Notes: a model not told the origin generated them from the sequence alone. Positions 1 to 9,271 are shown, numbered from the stretch's first letter. The stretch is DNA of 64,000 bases from an uncultured Gemmatimonas sp. (GCA_964355025.1 CAYHCW010000001.1:8488-72487); one strand, 5' to 3'. A program made the numbers and translations.

Positions 1-1
1 C

Positions 2-316
2 GTGTCGAAGACGGGCCACGAGCGGCCGCGCGAGACGTTCTCGGGGAGCGAGCTCTTCCGTGTCGACCTCGCGCTCGCCATCGCCATCGGGCAAGCGCTC
101 GGCGCCGGCGAGTCGTTCATCTTCACGGACGAGGGCTTCGCCGCGTGCAAGGGCACCGTCATCGATGACGTGGTCCGCGCGCTCGGCGACCTCTTGGAGC
201 ACGTGGGCGCCCTGTGGGCCATCGAGCACACGCGGCAAGTGATTGACGTCTTCCCGGCACGGCTCGAGGTGCGGGCGGGCGCCGGGGGATGGTCCGAGGT
301 GGTCGTGCATGGGTAG
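2..316 (+). CDS. SbcC/Rad50-like ABC-type ATPase, C-terminal fragment (5' end outside window)
   Basis: ORF runs off the left edge. C-terminal ABC/SMC motifs are visible: signature-like FSGSE, Walker B FIFTDEGF, His-switch AIEHT. Confidence 0.55.
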   Translation: MSKTGHERPRETFSGSELFRVDLALAIAIGQALGAGESFIFTDEGFAACKGTVIDDVVRALGDLLEHVGALWAIEHTRQVIDVFPARLEVRAGAGGWSEVVVHG

Positions 317-334
317 CGGATGGGAGGTGTTGGG

Positions 335-1222
335 ATGACGAGAGATGAGCTTTTGTCGGCATTCGCGGAGCCGATTCCCGTGCTCGACGATGGGCACGTG
401 CTCCTCGTGGACGTCATGGGCGACGAGCAGGCCATCGTGGACGCAGCGCGCGTGTCGTACGGGACGGGGACGCGACGGGTGAGCGAGGACAGAGCGCTCT
501 TGCGCTACCTCATGCGGCATCGGCACACGACGCCGTTCGAGATGGTCGAGATGAAGTTCCGCGTGCGCGTGCCGATGGACTGCTGGCGGCAGTGGATTCG
601 GCACCGGACGGCGAGCGTCAACGAGTACAGCACACGCTACTCGGAGGCCATCGACTCGCGGCAGACGACGCACCCGACATCGTGGCGGGCGCAAGCGGCA
701 TCGAACAAGCAAGGCTCGGCGGGCTTCGTCGCGGTGTGGCCGGATGGATTCGACAGGAGCGACGCGCGACTCTTGGATTCGATTGACGCAACTCCCGGAG
801 ATTACCTCACCGACCGTGAGCGGCTCCTGCACGAGTACGCCGACCGCGTCTACAAGGAACGCCTAGACTTCGGCGTCGCACGTGAGCAGGCACGCAAGGA
901 TCTGCCGCTTTCGACCTACACCGAAGCCTACTGGAAGTGCGACCTCCACAACCTACTGCACTTCCTCGCACTTCGACTCGACGCGCACGCGCAGTTGGAG
1001 ATTCGGCAGTACGCACAGGCTATCGCCAGCATCGTCAAGGAGTGGGTGCCGACGGTGTGGGACGCATTCGAGGACTACCGACTCAACGCGGTCACGCTGA
1101 GCGGTTCTGAGGCGCTCGCGCTCCAACGGTTCATCGCCGGCGAGAGCTTCTCGCTCGACGCACTGTCAAGCCGCGAGCAGGTAGAGTTCAAATCTCGTTT
1201 CGGACTTGGGGGTGGACGATGA
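335..1222 (+). CDS. thyX: FAD-dependent thymidylate synthase ThyX
   Basis: ThyX signature RHRTASVNEYSTRY (RHRxxSxxxxSxRY) plus HTTPFEMVEMKF. ATG 335 is preceded by GGGAGGTG; the ORF-track start at 320 is 5 codons upstream. Confidence 0.85.
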   Translation: MTRDELLSAFAEPIPVLDDGHVLLVDVMGDEQAIVDAARVSYGTGTRRVSEDRALLRYLMRHRHTTPFEMVEMKFRVRVPMDCWRQWIRHRTASVNEYSTRYSEAIDSRQTTHPTSWRAQAASNKQGSAGFVAVWPDGFDRSDARLLDSIDATPGDYLTDRERLLHEYADRVYKERLDFGVAREQARKDLPLSTYTEAYWKCDLHNLLHFLALRLDAHAQLEIRQYAQAIASIVKEWVPTVWDAFEDYRLNAVTLSGSEALALQRFIAGESFSLDALSSREQVEFKSRFGLGGGR

Positions 1223-1458
1223 CCGAAGAACACGTGACCGCCGAGGCCGTCGACCATCCGCAGCACTATGGCGGAGCCGACAACCCCTACGAAGCCATTC
1301 GGGTCATAGAGGCGTGGCGTCTCGACTTCTGCACGGGCAACGCCGTGAAGTACATCGCTCGCGCCGGCAAGAAAGACCTACGCAAGGAAGTGGAAGACCT
1401 ACGTAAAGCGGCGTGGTACATCGAACGAAGAATCAAGCAACTCACGAGCGCGCGATGA
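1219..1458 (+). CDS. DUF3310-like small phage protein
   Basis: 79 aa. HPQHYGG..AIRVIEAW..GNAVKYIARAGKK..EDLRKAAWYI matches the pattern I associate with DUF3310. ATGA overlap with the thyX stop. Confidence 0.5.
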   Translation: MTEEHVTAEAVDHPQHYGGADNPYEAIRVIEAWRLDFCTGNAVKYIARAGKKDLRKEVEDLRKAAWYIERRIKQLTSAR

Positions 1459-1940
1459 GCCACGAGTACAAGGCGGTGCACATCCACCGCGTGAACTTCG
1501 AGTCGGAGTTGAACTGCCTCGGTCGAGAGGGGTGGGAGCCCATCGACTTCGAGTCGACGTTCAACGGCAGCGGCTACCGTCTCGTCGTGCTCAAGCGTTC
1601 CACGCGGACGGCCACGGCGACGGACGTCAGCTACCGCCACGACGTCCCGTGCGCCGAGGGGTGCGGCGTCTCCGAGTTCCGATGTCAGAGCGACCGCGAC
1701 GCCGCCGACAGTCGGGCGCCGTGCTTTGAACGGCGCCTCGCGTTGGCCGAAGACAAACACGCCCGCTGCCTCCTCGCCCTTCAGTTGTGGGGCGCCGACC
1801 TCGCACTTGCCGTAGCGCGCGAGGACTGGCCCACGGTGCGCGCACTCGTGAATGACCGGCCCGCGTGGGTTCTCACGGGCGAGGCCGCAGCGCGAGCCGT
1901 GGAGCGAGTTGTAGAGCGCTTCGCGCGAGGTGAAACGTGA
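1455..1940 (+). CDS. Hypothetical protein with DUF4177-like N-terminus
   Basis: ATG 1455 overlaps the upstream stop (ATGA). The N-terminus HEYKAV..LNCLGREGWEPI resembles DUF4177. The Cys-containing C-terminal half is unassigned. Confidence 0.4.
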   Translation: MSHEYKAVHIHRVNFESELNCLGREGWEPIDFESTFNGSGYRLVVLKRSTRTATATDVSYRHDVPCAEGCGVSEFRCQSDRDAADSRAPCFERRLALAEDKHARCLLALQLWGADLALAVAREDWPTVRALVNDRPAWVLTGEAAARAVERVVERFARGET

Positions 1941-2143
1941 AGCCACCCGACCTCTCGCTCATTCAACGGAAGGCGCTGACACTCATCGGCGACCTCGGAG
2001 AAGGGGCGGCCGACCTCGTGCACACGAGCACGATACGGTCCTTGCGCCGAAAGGGCCTGGTATCCGGGTGTTTCGACCGTCTGGCGCTCACGCCGAGCGG
2101 CGAGCTTGCCGTCGCTGGCGAGGCTACTCCGCTTCGGCCGTGA
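1937..2143 (+). CDS. Small hypothetical protein, possible winged helix
   Basis: 68 aa with a GTG start overlapping the upstream stop (GTGA). LIQRKALTLIG..IRSLRRKGLV looks wHTH-like. The 3' end overlaps the convergent ORF 2124..2318 by 20 nt. Confidence 0.3.
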   Translation: MKPPDLSLIQRKALTLIGDLGEGAADLVHTSTIRSLRRKGLVSGCFDRLALTPSGELAVAGEATPLRP

Positions 2144-2318
2144 CCACGGTGTCGGCGCTAGCCTCGATGACCACGAGGTCCGGCCGCAGCATCTTCGTGG
2201 TCACCCGTATCGCCGTCACGACGGCCGACCGATAGGGCTCGGGCAGGAATCCGGCGACCACGCCGGCCGCGTCAAGCGCGGCGTCCTCAATATCGCCGTA
2301 CGTCACCTCGGCGGGCAT
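2124..2318 (-). CDS. Hypothetical 64-aa protein, last gene of the late block
   Basis: Only the distal part of ORF 2124..2540 looks protein-like (MPAEVTYGDIEDAALDAAGVV..). ATG at 2318. The upstream part of that ORF is Arg/Pro-rich junk. Confidence 0.3.
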   Translation of the reverse strand: MPAEVTYGDIEDAALDAAGVVAGFLPEPYRSAVVTAIRVTTKMLRPDLVVIEASADTVVTAEAE

Positions 2319-2569
2319 GGCAGCACCTCGGGCACCTCGCCGGGGAAGTTGAGCTTGAGGCGCTCCGTGCCGTCGACTACGACGCGCCAGTGCCCCGGCG
2401 CGGCCTTGTGGCACTTGACCGCGACGAGCGACGGGGCGTCGATGGTGAGCGTGCGGCAGCCGCAGTTGCGGAGCACGAAGGCGAGGCACGCGAGGACGAG
2501 GAGCGGGCGGCCAATCGCCCGCCACGGGTCTATCCAGCACGCGATGAGGATGCGCTCGACGCTCTTCAC
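2303..2569 (-). CDS. Small membrane protein, spanin-like position
   Basis: GTG 2569 overlaps the upstream stop (GTGA). Hydrophobic segment RPLLVLACLAFVL is followed by Cys residues. It lies in the lysis cassette downstream of the holin-like gene. Confidence 0.35.
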   Translation of the reverse strand: MKSVERILIACWIDPWRAIGRPLLVLACLAFVLRNCGCRTLTIDAPSLVAVKCHKAAPGHWRVVVDGTERLKLNFPGEVPEVLPCPPR

Positions 2570-2904
2570 AGCTTCACCTTCGCGCCCTTGGCCTTGGCGA
2601 CGGCCTTGAACTTGTCGTGGAACAACACGGCACATGCGCCCGCGAAGAGCCCCATGAGCATCGACGGGCCGGGGCCGGGCGCGTGCTTTGGCATGTAGCC
2701 GAGCAGATCCATCAGCCACGGGAGGTTGCCGGGGTAGCCGCAGATGACGACGCCCATGGACAGTGGCAGCGCGTGAAGCACGCCCTGCGCCCACGCGAGC
2801 TTGCGTCGGTCGCCGAGCCCGGAGGCCACGACCTCGGTCACACCCCAGATGATGCCGGCGAGCGCGAGGAGTACGTAGCCGAGCGCGGCGGTGGACTCGC
2901 TCAT
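2566..2904 (-). CDS. Holin-like membrane protein
   Basis: 112 aa from ATG 2904 (ATGA overlap). About three hydrophobic helices (AALGYVLLALAGIIWGV, GVLHALPLSMGVVICGY, MLMGLFAGACAVLF) and a Lys-rich tail KFKAVAKAKGAKVKL. Confidence 0.45.
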   Translation of the reverse strand: MSESTAALGYVLLALAGIIWGVTEVVASGLGDRRKLAWAQGVLHALPLSMGVVICGYPGNLPWLMDLLGYMPKHAPGPGPSMLMGLFAGACAVLFHDKFKAVAKAKGAKVKL

Positions 2905-3104
2905 GGGCGCAGCGCCCAATTTAGAAGCACGACGAGGAACGCCGTCGCGACCGGGACGAGCACGAGCACGGCCTTGAGGAGCGCACGGCTACCGATCATG
3001 TGCTCGTGGTGCAGCTCGACGCGCGACGTCAGCTTGTCCATGCCACCCTCCAGGGATCTGATTCGGTGCTCGTGAGTCGAGCAATCCAGTCCTCGGTCGG
3101 CCAT
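2901..3104 (-). CDS. Small C-terminally anchored membrane protein (lysis cassette)
   Basis: 67 aa. Polar, His-rich N-terminus and a C-terminal TM segment LLKAVLVLVPVATAFLVVLL. GGAGGTGA RBS upstream of the ATG. Confidence 0.4.
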   Translation of the reverse strand: MADRGLDCSTHEHRIRSLEGGMDKLTSRVELHHEHMIGSRALLKAVLVLVPVATAFLVVLLNWALRP

Positions 3105-3167
3105 CGCCTCACCTCCGAACTCTGAGGGAGCGCCGGCCGTCTAGCAGGTCGGTAGCGCGGTGGGTTG

Positions 3168-3926
3168 TCATGACCAGAACTCGGCGCCGGAGCGCCAGTC
3201 GATACCGGGGGCGCCGCTCAGCGCGTGCAACTCTACAAAGCCGTCGACTCGCTCGCCGGGTCCAGAGACCTGAGCGTGCGCGAGGATGCCCGTCACGTTC
3301 GTTGCAGGATCTGCGAGCCCAAGGCCGCCAACGCGGAAGGTACGGTAGTCGGCGCATGCCCGCGACGGGATGCCGCGGAGCGCGCACCACCACGGGAGGA
3401 AGACGCGGAGCGTCGCCGCCTGCGCCGGCGTGAGCGACCACTGCGTCAAATCGACGGCCTTGCGCGCGAGGATGGCCGCGCGGCGCGCGTCGGGCGATGT
3501 CGCCTTCGACGGCGCATCGCCCTTGCGGCCGATGGCCGCTCGCAGGGTCACGAGCGACTGCCCTACGGCGGGCGCGAGGCTCTTCGAGAGCGGACCTTGC
3601 ACGTCGAGGCTATCGCTCTGCACGTTGTGGTGCAGCGCATGGGCGCCACGGTGTAGCGCCGGGTCGAAGTGCTGAGCGAGGTGACCGTCTGGGGTGAGCG
3701 TGAAGAGCGATGAGAGGCCGTTCGGCTTGCGCGTGTCGAGAATGCGCTTCGTTCGCATCGGGTCGTTCGACGGCGCTTCGACGCCGCGGTGCAAGATGAA
3801 CTGTGTCACGGGCCGCTTGCGCGGCGCGGTGAACTTCGAGAGGAGCTCCGGGTCATCGGCCCACGTCCGGATGACGACGCCATCGGGTGCTCCGAAGTTC
3901 TGACCGCCGATGAGGGCTCCGCTCAT
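3168..3926 (-). CDS. Putative endolysin, N-acetylmuramoyl-L-alanine amidase (amidase_2/PGRP-like)
   Basis: ATG 3926 with an AAGGAG RBS. FILHRGVE, GAHALHHNVQSDSLDVQG, LTPAQAATLRVFL and GILAHAQV fit the spacing of T7-lysozyme-type amidase motifs. It sits directly upstream of the small membrane proteins. Confidence 0.55.
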   Translation of the reverse strand: MSGALIGGQNFGAPDGVVIRTWADDPELLSKFTAPRKRPVTQFILHRGVEAPSNDPMRTKRILDTRKPNGLSSLFTLTPDGHLAQHFDPALHRGAHALHHNVQSDSLDVQGPLSKSLAPAVGQSLVTLRAAIGRKGDAPSKATSPDARRAAILARKAVDLTQWSLTPAQAATLRVFLPWWCALRGIPSRACADYRTFRVGGLGLADPATNVTGILAHAQVSGPGERVDGFVELHALSGAPGIDWRSGAEFWS

Positions 3927-3927
3927 G

Positions 3928-4830
3928 TCAATTCTCCTTACCACGAATGGCCTCAGCGTGACAACCGGCAGCGAGCAGCGCTTTGAGCACGGCCATGGCT
4001 TCGCCGATGGCCTCGACGCCGATGACGTACACGGGGTTGGGCCCCTTGCCGGCCGGGAAGCCCGCGAACGGGCCGCCACCGATGGGGTCGCCGACCTCGA
4101 ACGCCGCGTCACCGCTGCCCGTCGGCACGCCCTCGGGCAAGTCGCCGGGCGTGGGGCCGCCCCAGCCGAGCTCCGACTGCACTTCGCCGCCGAAGGGCTC
4201 GCCCACGGGTCGCGCGAGCCCGCCAGCGCCCTGAAGGTACGTCGGCGGCACGCCGGTCCAGTCGTCGAGCCACACGATGACGCGGACCGTGCAGCGCTTG
4301 CCCGCCGACTGCGGGGTGCCGGGGCCCGGCGTCGGCTCTTGGAGGATGAACGGGAGGAGCACGGCGTTGACGGCGTCGGGCGCGGCGAGCGTCGTCCAGT
4401 CGGCGCCGACCGTGTAGGCCGTCGTCACGGGCACGAGGTCGAGGTAGTCCACGAGCGACGGGTCGGACGGGCCCTGCGACATGTAGAGCACGCCGCCGAT
4501 GCGCCACCATCGGTCGAGGTGCTCGGCGGTCCACGTGCCCACGCCGCCCACGGCCGTGATGCGCCGGGGCACGAGCGGAGTGCGCGTGATGGGGTAGGTC
4601 ACCTCGGCGAAGCTGAGGATGCCCTCGACGAAGCCAAACGTTCCCCCGGGGAAACCGCGCGGTCCGACGGCCACGGCGCGCAGGCCTTGGCGCCACGCGG
4701 CCTCGTTCCAGGTGTCGGGCATCGGGGCGCCGTAGAAGCGCGCGAGCCGTCGCAGCGCCACGCCCTCGGCGTGCGCAACGATGGTGTCGCGCTGCGCCTG
4801 GTCAAGCTGGCTGGACAGCCCGGGAATCAA
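3928..4830 (-). CDS. Hypothetical tail-fibre-region protein
   Basis: 300 aa. TTG start preceded by GGAGGTG. Gly/Pro-rich C-terminal part. Position is between the fibre genes and the endolysin. Confidence 0.4.
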   Translation of the reverse strand: MIPGLSSQLDQAQRDTIVAHAEGVALRRLARFYGAPMPDTWNEAAWRQGLRAVAVGPRGFPGGTFGFVEGILSFAEVTYPITRTPLVPRRITAVGGVGTWTAEHLDRWWRIGGVLYMSQGPSDPSLVDYLDLVPVTTAYTVGADWTTLAAPDAVNAVLLPFILQEPTPGPGTPQSAGKRCTVRVIVWLDDWTGVPPTYLQGAGGLARPVGEPFGGEVQSELGWGGPTPGDLPEGVPTGSGDAAFEVGDPIGGGPFAGFPAGKGPNPVYVIGVEAIGEAMAVLKALLAAGCHAEAIRGKEN

Positions 4831-5668
4831 GGGTCACCTCCATGCCAGCGGGAATCGTGAGTACGCGCGCCACGGCGGCCACGAGGCCCGTGAGCGTTGA
4901 CGCGGTCTTGCCTGTGTAGGTGTGCCGCGCGCCATGGATGTAGACGGCGCCGGAGCTCGGCAGCTCGAGCGTCGATTCGACGTTGGCCACGGCGTCCGTC
5001 AACACGAGCGGCGCCGTGAGCCGCGTCATCGGTACGCCCGAGGTCTCCCGGAACATCTCGCCCGCCGCGTGCAACAGGGCGTCGAGGTTGCCGTGCGGCC
5101 ACTCGCTGGCAACGGGCAGCGTGGGCTCTGCGCGGAGCTGCCGCGCGCCGGTCAGGTAGTTCTTCGGCAGACGCAGCCGCATCCGGTAGACCGACTCAGA
5201 ACGCATGCGGTTCTGAATGACGATGGCGCTCGGGATGATGACCTCCGTCTCGACGCCGAAGCGGAGGCGGATGTCGTAGGTGTCGGGCGGCGCGGGCGGT
5301 AGCACGAAGCGGAGCGAGGTCATCGCGCCGTCGGGAGTGCACTTGTCGCGCTGCCCCACCACGCCGCTGTAGCAGTTGTCGTCGGCCGGGTAGAGCGTCG
5401 CGCCCTTCTTGAGCCGCACGTAGTAGGGACCGGGGTGCGCCCATGCCGCGAGGAGCACGATGAACACGCCGCCGTCGTCGGGCCACGCGCCGACCTCGGC
5501 GGCCTTGACGACGGGCGCGATGATGGACGCGGCGGCGCCAAAGCCCGCGTCCGCCAACTCCGGCGTCCACGCGAAGCTCGGCGTTGGCGACCCGTAGCCC
5601 CAGTCGTTCGGCGTGCCCGCCGGCACGTACGGAACGCCGATGCCCGGATTGCCCCAGCCCCAGTCCAC
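4802..5668 (-). CDS. Hypothetical tail fibre/baseplate-distal protein
   Basis: 288 aa. GTG start abuts the upstream stop. Balanced amino-acid composition. Assigned by position in the fibre region. Confidence 0.4.
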   Translation of the reverse strand: MDWGWGNPGIGVPYVPAGTPNDWGYGSPTPSFAWTPELADAGFGAAASIIAPVVKAAEVGAWPDDGGVFIVLLAAWAHPGPYYVRLKKGATLYPADDNCYSGVVGQRDKCTPDGAMTSLRFVLPPAPPDTYDIRLRFGVETEVIIPSAIVIQNRMRSESVYRMRLRLPKNYLTGARQLRAEPTLPVASEWPHGNLDALLHAAGEMFRETSGVPMTRLTAPLVLTDAVANVESTLELPSSGAVYIHGARHTYTGKTASTLTGLVAAVARVLTIPAGMEVTLDSRAVQPA

Positions 5669-6691
5669 CTAGAGCCTCCGACACGCCACGAGGTACGTCA
5701 CGTCGCGCGCATCCGCGCCAGCGGACCCGCCGTTGAACTGGAAGTACACATCCGCCGAGGCCGATATCGAAAGCCCGGTAACGAGCTTGAATGTCGGGCC
5801 GGTGTCGATGCCAGGCACCGGGACTGTGAGCGTTGCCGTGCCACCGTTGCCAACCACGTCAAGCACGTAAGTACCGCCCACAATAGTACCGCCGTTTGCG
5901 AGGTATACGCTGGCCGCGATGATCGTGACCGGGTAGGGCAGCTTCCAGCGGGGCTTGACGCCGGTATCGAGACTGCCGACGATTGTGGCGGTGAGCCACA
6001 TATCGTCATGCGCCACCGCGACCGGATTCGCCGGGTCGCCCGGGGCCTCTGCGAGGAGCACGCCGCCGAGGACCGTCGTTGTCGCGGGACCAACCGAACC
6101 GGCCGGATGAAGGTGCATCGGTACGCCGGTCGCAAGGCCGTCGTCCGTCGCGTAGCCCGTGCCGTCGCAGAGCCGGTCGAGCGCTGGGCCGTCGGTGAGC
6201 GGTGACGCCACGTCCGTGAGGTCGGGCACGGCGATGTCGTCGACCTGCCCCTTGAGGTCGTCAACGACCTGCGTCTCGGCGCGCTCAAGGACGTGCGTGT
6301 TGCGCTCGCCCTTGGCGGGCTTCTGGAGGCCCGTATTCGTCGCGGTGACTCGAAGGTGGACGAAGGCGCCGTCGACTGCGAGGAGGGGGTTATCCGTGGT
6401 CGTGTTGCCGTCGCCGAGGCTCTTGGCGCCGAGGTCGTCCGTGACCACCAACATGAGGCGGTAGTTGCCCCACGTCTCAGCGTTCTGGAGCGTGACGACC
6501 TGCGCCGTGGCGTTGAGCAGCGACGCTGCCGAGCCCACGGGCTTGTCCATGAGCGTCCACGAGTAGCCCGTGATGGCGGCGGCGCCCGTGCCAGGGATGG
6601 ACGCGCTGCCGTCGAACGTCTGCGCGGCGACGGGAAGGGCGCCTTGGGCGACGGTGACGTCGGCGCCGCCGTTGGGGACGGGAAGGGCCAT
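5669..6691 (-). CDS. Fibre/receptor-binding candidate with PKD/Ig-like segment
   Basis: ITGYSWTLMDKPVGS..VVTLQNAETWGNYRLMLVVTDDLGAKS resembles a PKD-type Ig fold. Located downstream of the baseplate genes. Confidence 0.45.
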   Translation of the reverse strand: MALPVPNGGADVTVAQGALPVAAQTFDGSASIPGTGAAAITGYSWTLMDKPVGSAASLLNATAQVVTLQNAETWGNYRLMLVVTDDLGAKSLGDGNTTTDNPLLAVDGAFVHLRVTATNTGLQKPAKGERNTHVLERAETQVVDDLKGQVDDIAVPDLTDVASPLTDGPALDRLCDGTGYATDDGLATGVPMHLHPAGSVGPATTTVLGGVLLAEAPGDPANPVAVAHDDMWLTATIVGSLDTGVKPRWKLPYPVTIIAASVYLANGGTIVGGTYVLDVVGNGGTATLTVPVPGIDTGPTFKLVTGLSISASADVYFQFNGGSAGADARDVTYLVACRRL

Positions 6692-6694
6692 CGG

Positions 6695-7849
6695 CTACAC
6701 CTTCTTCGCGATGATGGTGAGGAAGAAGGACTGCCGCTCGGCCGTGTGACCTGGGCCCATCGGCCGCACTCGGATGTGAGGCCCCGCCGCCGTTGGATTT
6801 GACGTGATTATTTCGGCGACGCAGTGATAGGCGTTTGTGCCAAGCAGCCCAGTGGCCGTGACGGCGATGATCGTCCACGTGCCGACGAGGCCCTGCACGG
6901 TGGGCGACTGCACTGTGATGGTGCAGGCATCGGCCTCGGTCGCCACCGACGCCACGCCGTCGGTTTCGTTGAAGGGAATCTCGAACGCGACGCCCGTCCA
7001 GCCGATGCGACCCGCTGCAAAAACGCGACCTCGCGCGGCGTCTGCGGTGACCTTGAGCTGCTTGACGCCGGTCCCGGTGCCAGCGCCCGTGAGCCAGTTG
7101 GTTGCGCCCGTGCTGTCCTTGAGCGCCGCAATCTGCGTCCGCATCTTGAGGAGCAGATACGCGAGCGTCGCCTGCCCGTCATTGAGCAACACGGCCGACG
7201 ATTCGACGCTCTCCGTACCGTCGGGCGTCTTCGTAAGGTCGGTGACGTCCCATGCGGGCTTGGCGTAGAAGGTGGGCACCTCGGCACCTGCGGCCCCGCT
7301 CCATGCACCGAGGCGCGCGACCGCAGTCCATGCCACGCCGTTCATCGCAGCGGGCCTCGTAAGCGCGAGCGTGAAGACCGTTACCTGCCGTCGGCGCGTC
7401 TTCGGCGAGAACCCGATTTCCGTCGCGCCGCCGACATCCCACTTGCGGCGCGCGTCCACGTCCTGGTCGGAGGTCTGCCGCACGACCCAGAGCCACGGCA
7501 AGCTCAGCGCGGGACGGAAGGCGCCGACGTTGATGCCCGTGGCGCGCGTGCGGACGATACGCGCCTGGAAGGTCGAGGCGTCGCTGCCGTCAAGGAACTC
7601 CTCGTAGAGGAACGCGTTGACCGTGCACTGCGTCAAAGCCGCAGTGACCGCGCTCGTGTCGATGCCGCCCCACGTGAGCGCGCCCCCGGCGCCGCCCGTC
7701 GCTCCGACAGGGAAGGGGGCGCCGAGCATCGCGCCGAACGCCCTCAACTCCTGCGCCGCGCGGAGCTTGCCGATGTCGAGGAGGTCGGGCGCGTCTGCGC
7801 GCTCGTCGTCGTAGAAGAGGACCTCGTCGCCAGTGCCTTCAAGTGCCAC
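6695..7849 (-). CDS. Baseplate/tail protein (gpI-like position)
   Basis: 384 aa. GTG start with an AGGAGG RBS. It follows the baseplate-J-like gene, as gpI does in P2/Mu-type baseplate modules. The call rests on position only. Confidence 0.4.
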   Translation of the reverse strand: MALEGTGDEVLFYDDERADAPDLLDIGKLRAAQELRAFGAMLGAPFPVGATGGAGGALTWGGIDTSAVTAALTQCTVNAFLYEEFLDGSDASTFQARIVRTRATGINVGAFRPALSLPWLWVVRQTSDQDVDARRKWDVGGATEIGFSPKTRRRQVTVFTLALTRPAAMNGVAWTAVARLGAWSGAAGAEVPTFYAKPAWDVTDLTKTPDGTESVESSAVLLNDGQATLAYLLLKMRTQIAALKDSTGATNWLTGAGTGTGVKQLKVTADAARGRVFAAGRIGWTGVAFEIPFNETDGVASVATEADACTITVQSPTVQGLVGTWTIIAVTATGLLGTNAYHCVAEIITSNPTAAGPHIRVRPMGPGHTAERQSFFLTIIAKKV

Positions 7850-7858
7850 GTCCGCCTC

Positions 7859-9271
7859 CTACACCACGGTGACCTGGTCCGGGTCCGCGCGAATGGCCCC
7901 GGGCGGCGAACTGTTGATGACGTAGATGTCGCGCGCGAGGAGCGTATCGTCGCCCGTGTCCACGAAGATGACGTTGATGAGGCCGTCGACCACCGTCAAG
8001 AGGTGCTTCTGGAGGACGGCGATGAAGCACGGGTCACCGGGCGGAATCGACTGACAGAAGGCGATGATTTCGCTCTTGACCGCCGCCTGCGCGGTGACGA
8101 GGTCGGTGCCCGTCGCGACCGCGATGTTGCACTTGAACGCCACCAACTCGGGCAGCGGCGGCCGCACCTTGACGCGGTTACCCGAAGCGCGCTTGCCGAA
8201 CTTGAGCCCCGGCAGCGAGTTGTCGCCCTCGATGAGCCGTTGGAGCTCGGCGAGCGGCCCCGTGAAGACTTCGTAGTTGGAAATCTGCCACGTATTGCCC
8301 GCCGCGAAGAGCCCCGCCTTCGGGTAGAGGATGCCGCGCTCCTCGATGGAGGCCCACTGCACCTCGAAGTTCGCGTCGAGCGGCGCCGCCAGCCCGTTGA
8401 TGAGGAACGACGCTTGCCCGATGGGTTCGACGGCGGGCATTTCGTGGTGGACCTCGAGCACGCCGAGGAGCCCGACCACGCCGTTCGTCGGCAAGCCCGT
8501 CTTGATGTAGCCCGCGAAGAGGTTGCCGTCATCGACGATGAGCTCGGAGTAACCGCGGTTGAACGGGTCTTCCCACACGAAGGCGTGCCGGATGCCCGAT
8601 CCGAGCGAGCTCCGGAACGTCAGCGCGGCGTAGAGGAGCGCCGCGTTCTGCGTGCCGACGAGCGAGGCCACGTAGAGCTCGATGCGCCGACGGAACGACG
8701 CATCCGCCTCGCGGTCGAGGCCTCCGGACGCGGGCGCGGTGTTACGCACGACGCGGAGGTTCTTCGGGCCCTTGAGCACCACATTGATGGCGCCGATGGG
8801 GACGTTGCCCTTCACGCCCGAGATGGCGCACACGTAGGGCACAGCGCCCGTGTAGGTGTCCGTGCCGATAGGGCTCGTCACGTCGGCGGTCTGCACGTAC
8901 TGCACCGTCGGGTCATCGGCGCGGCCGTAGATGGTGCCGGCAGGGATGAGCGTCTCGGCCGCTGAACTGACGACGGTGAGCGCCAGCTTGGAGCCCGCCG
9001 CGCTGGCGGCGCCGAGCCGGGTCACCCCGCCGAGCGGCAGTGATTTGGCACGCTCGTCGAGGTTCGCGCCGACGCACGTGTCTCCGACCCAGAACGCTTC
9101 GCGGTCGCCCCATGCGCGGTGCTCGATGGCCGCGACCTCGGCGGACATCGTCCCGAGGATGCTGGCCTCGACGGAGCCCTCCGTGATGTCCGTGAGCTTG
9201 CTGCGGGCGACGAAGCGGGCGACGGCCTGCTCGTAGACCTCGGCCTCGGTGCGCGGCTCGTAGACGGCCAT
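7859..9271 (-). CDS. Baseplate J-like protein
   Basis: 470 aa. The N-terminal pattern TDITEGSVEASILGTMSAEVAAIE..AFWVGDT..GANLDERAKSL is typical of gpJ/gp47-type wedge proteins. It follows the gp25-like gene. Confidence 0.55.
   Translation of the reverse strand: MAVYEPRTEAEVYEQAVARFVARSKLTDITEGSVEASILGTMSAEVAAIEHRAWGDREAFWVGDTCVGANLDERAKSLPLGGVTRLGAASAAGSKLALTVVSSAAETLIPAGTIYGRADDPTVQYVQTADVTSPIGTDTYTGAVPYVCAISGVKGNVPIGAINVVLKGPKNLRVVRNTAPASGGLDREADASFRRRIELYVASLVGTQNAALLYAALTFRSSLGSGIRHAFVWEDPFNRGYSELIVDDGNLFAGYIKTGLPTNGVVGLLGVLEVHHEMPAVEPIGQASFLINGLAAPLDANFEVQWASIEERGILYPKAGLFAAGNTWQISNYEVFTGPLAELQRLIEGDNSLPGLKFGKRASGNRVKVRPPLPELVAFKCNIAVATGTDLVTAQAAVKSEIIAFCQSIPPGDPCFIAVLQKHLLTVVDGLINVIFVDTGDDTLLARDIYVINSSPPGAIRADPDQVTVV

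Noticed and set aside
6824-8965. 713-aa plus-strand ORF.
   Set aside because: It is antisense to the baseplate-J and gpI-position genes. The translation is Arg/Gly/Ala/Asp-rich low complexity, typical of the reverse frame of GC-rich coding DNA. It has no RBS or coupling and conflicts with well-formed minus-strand genes.
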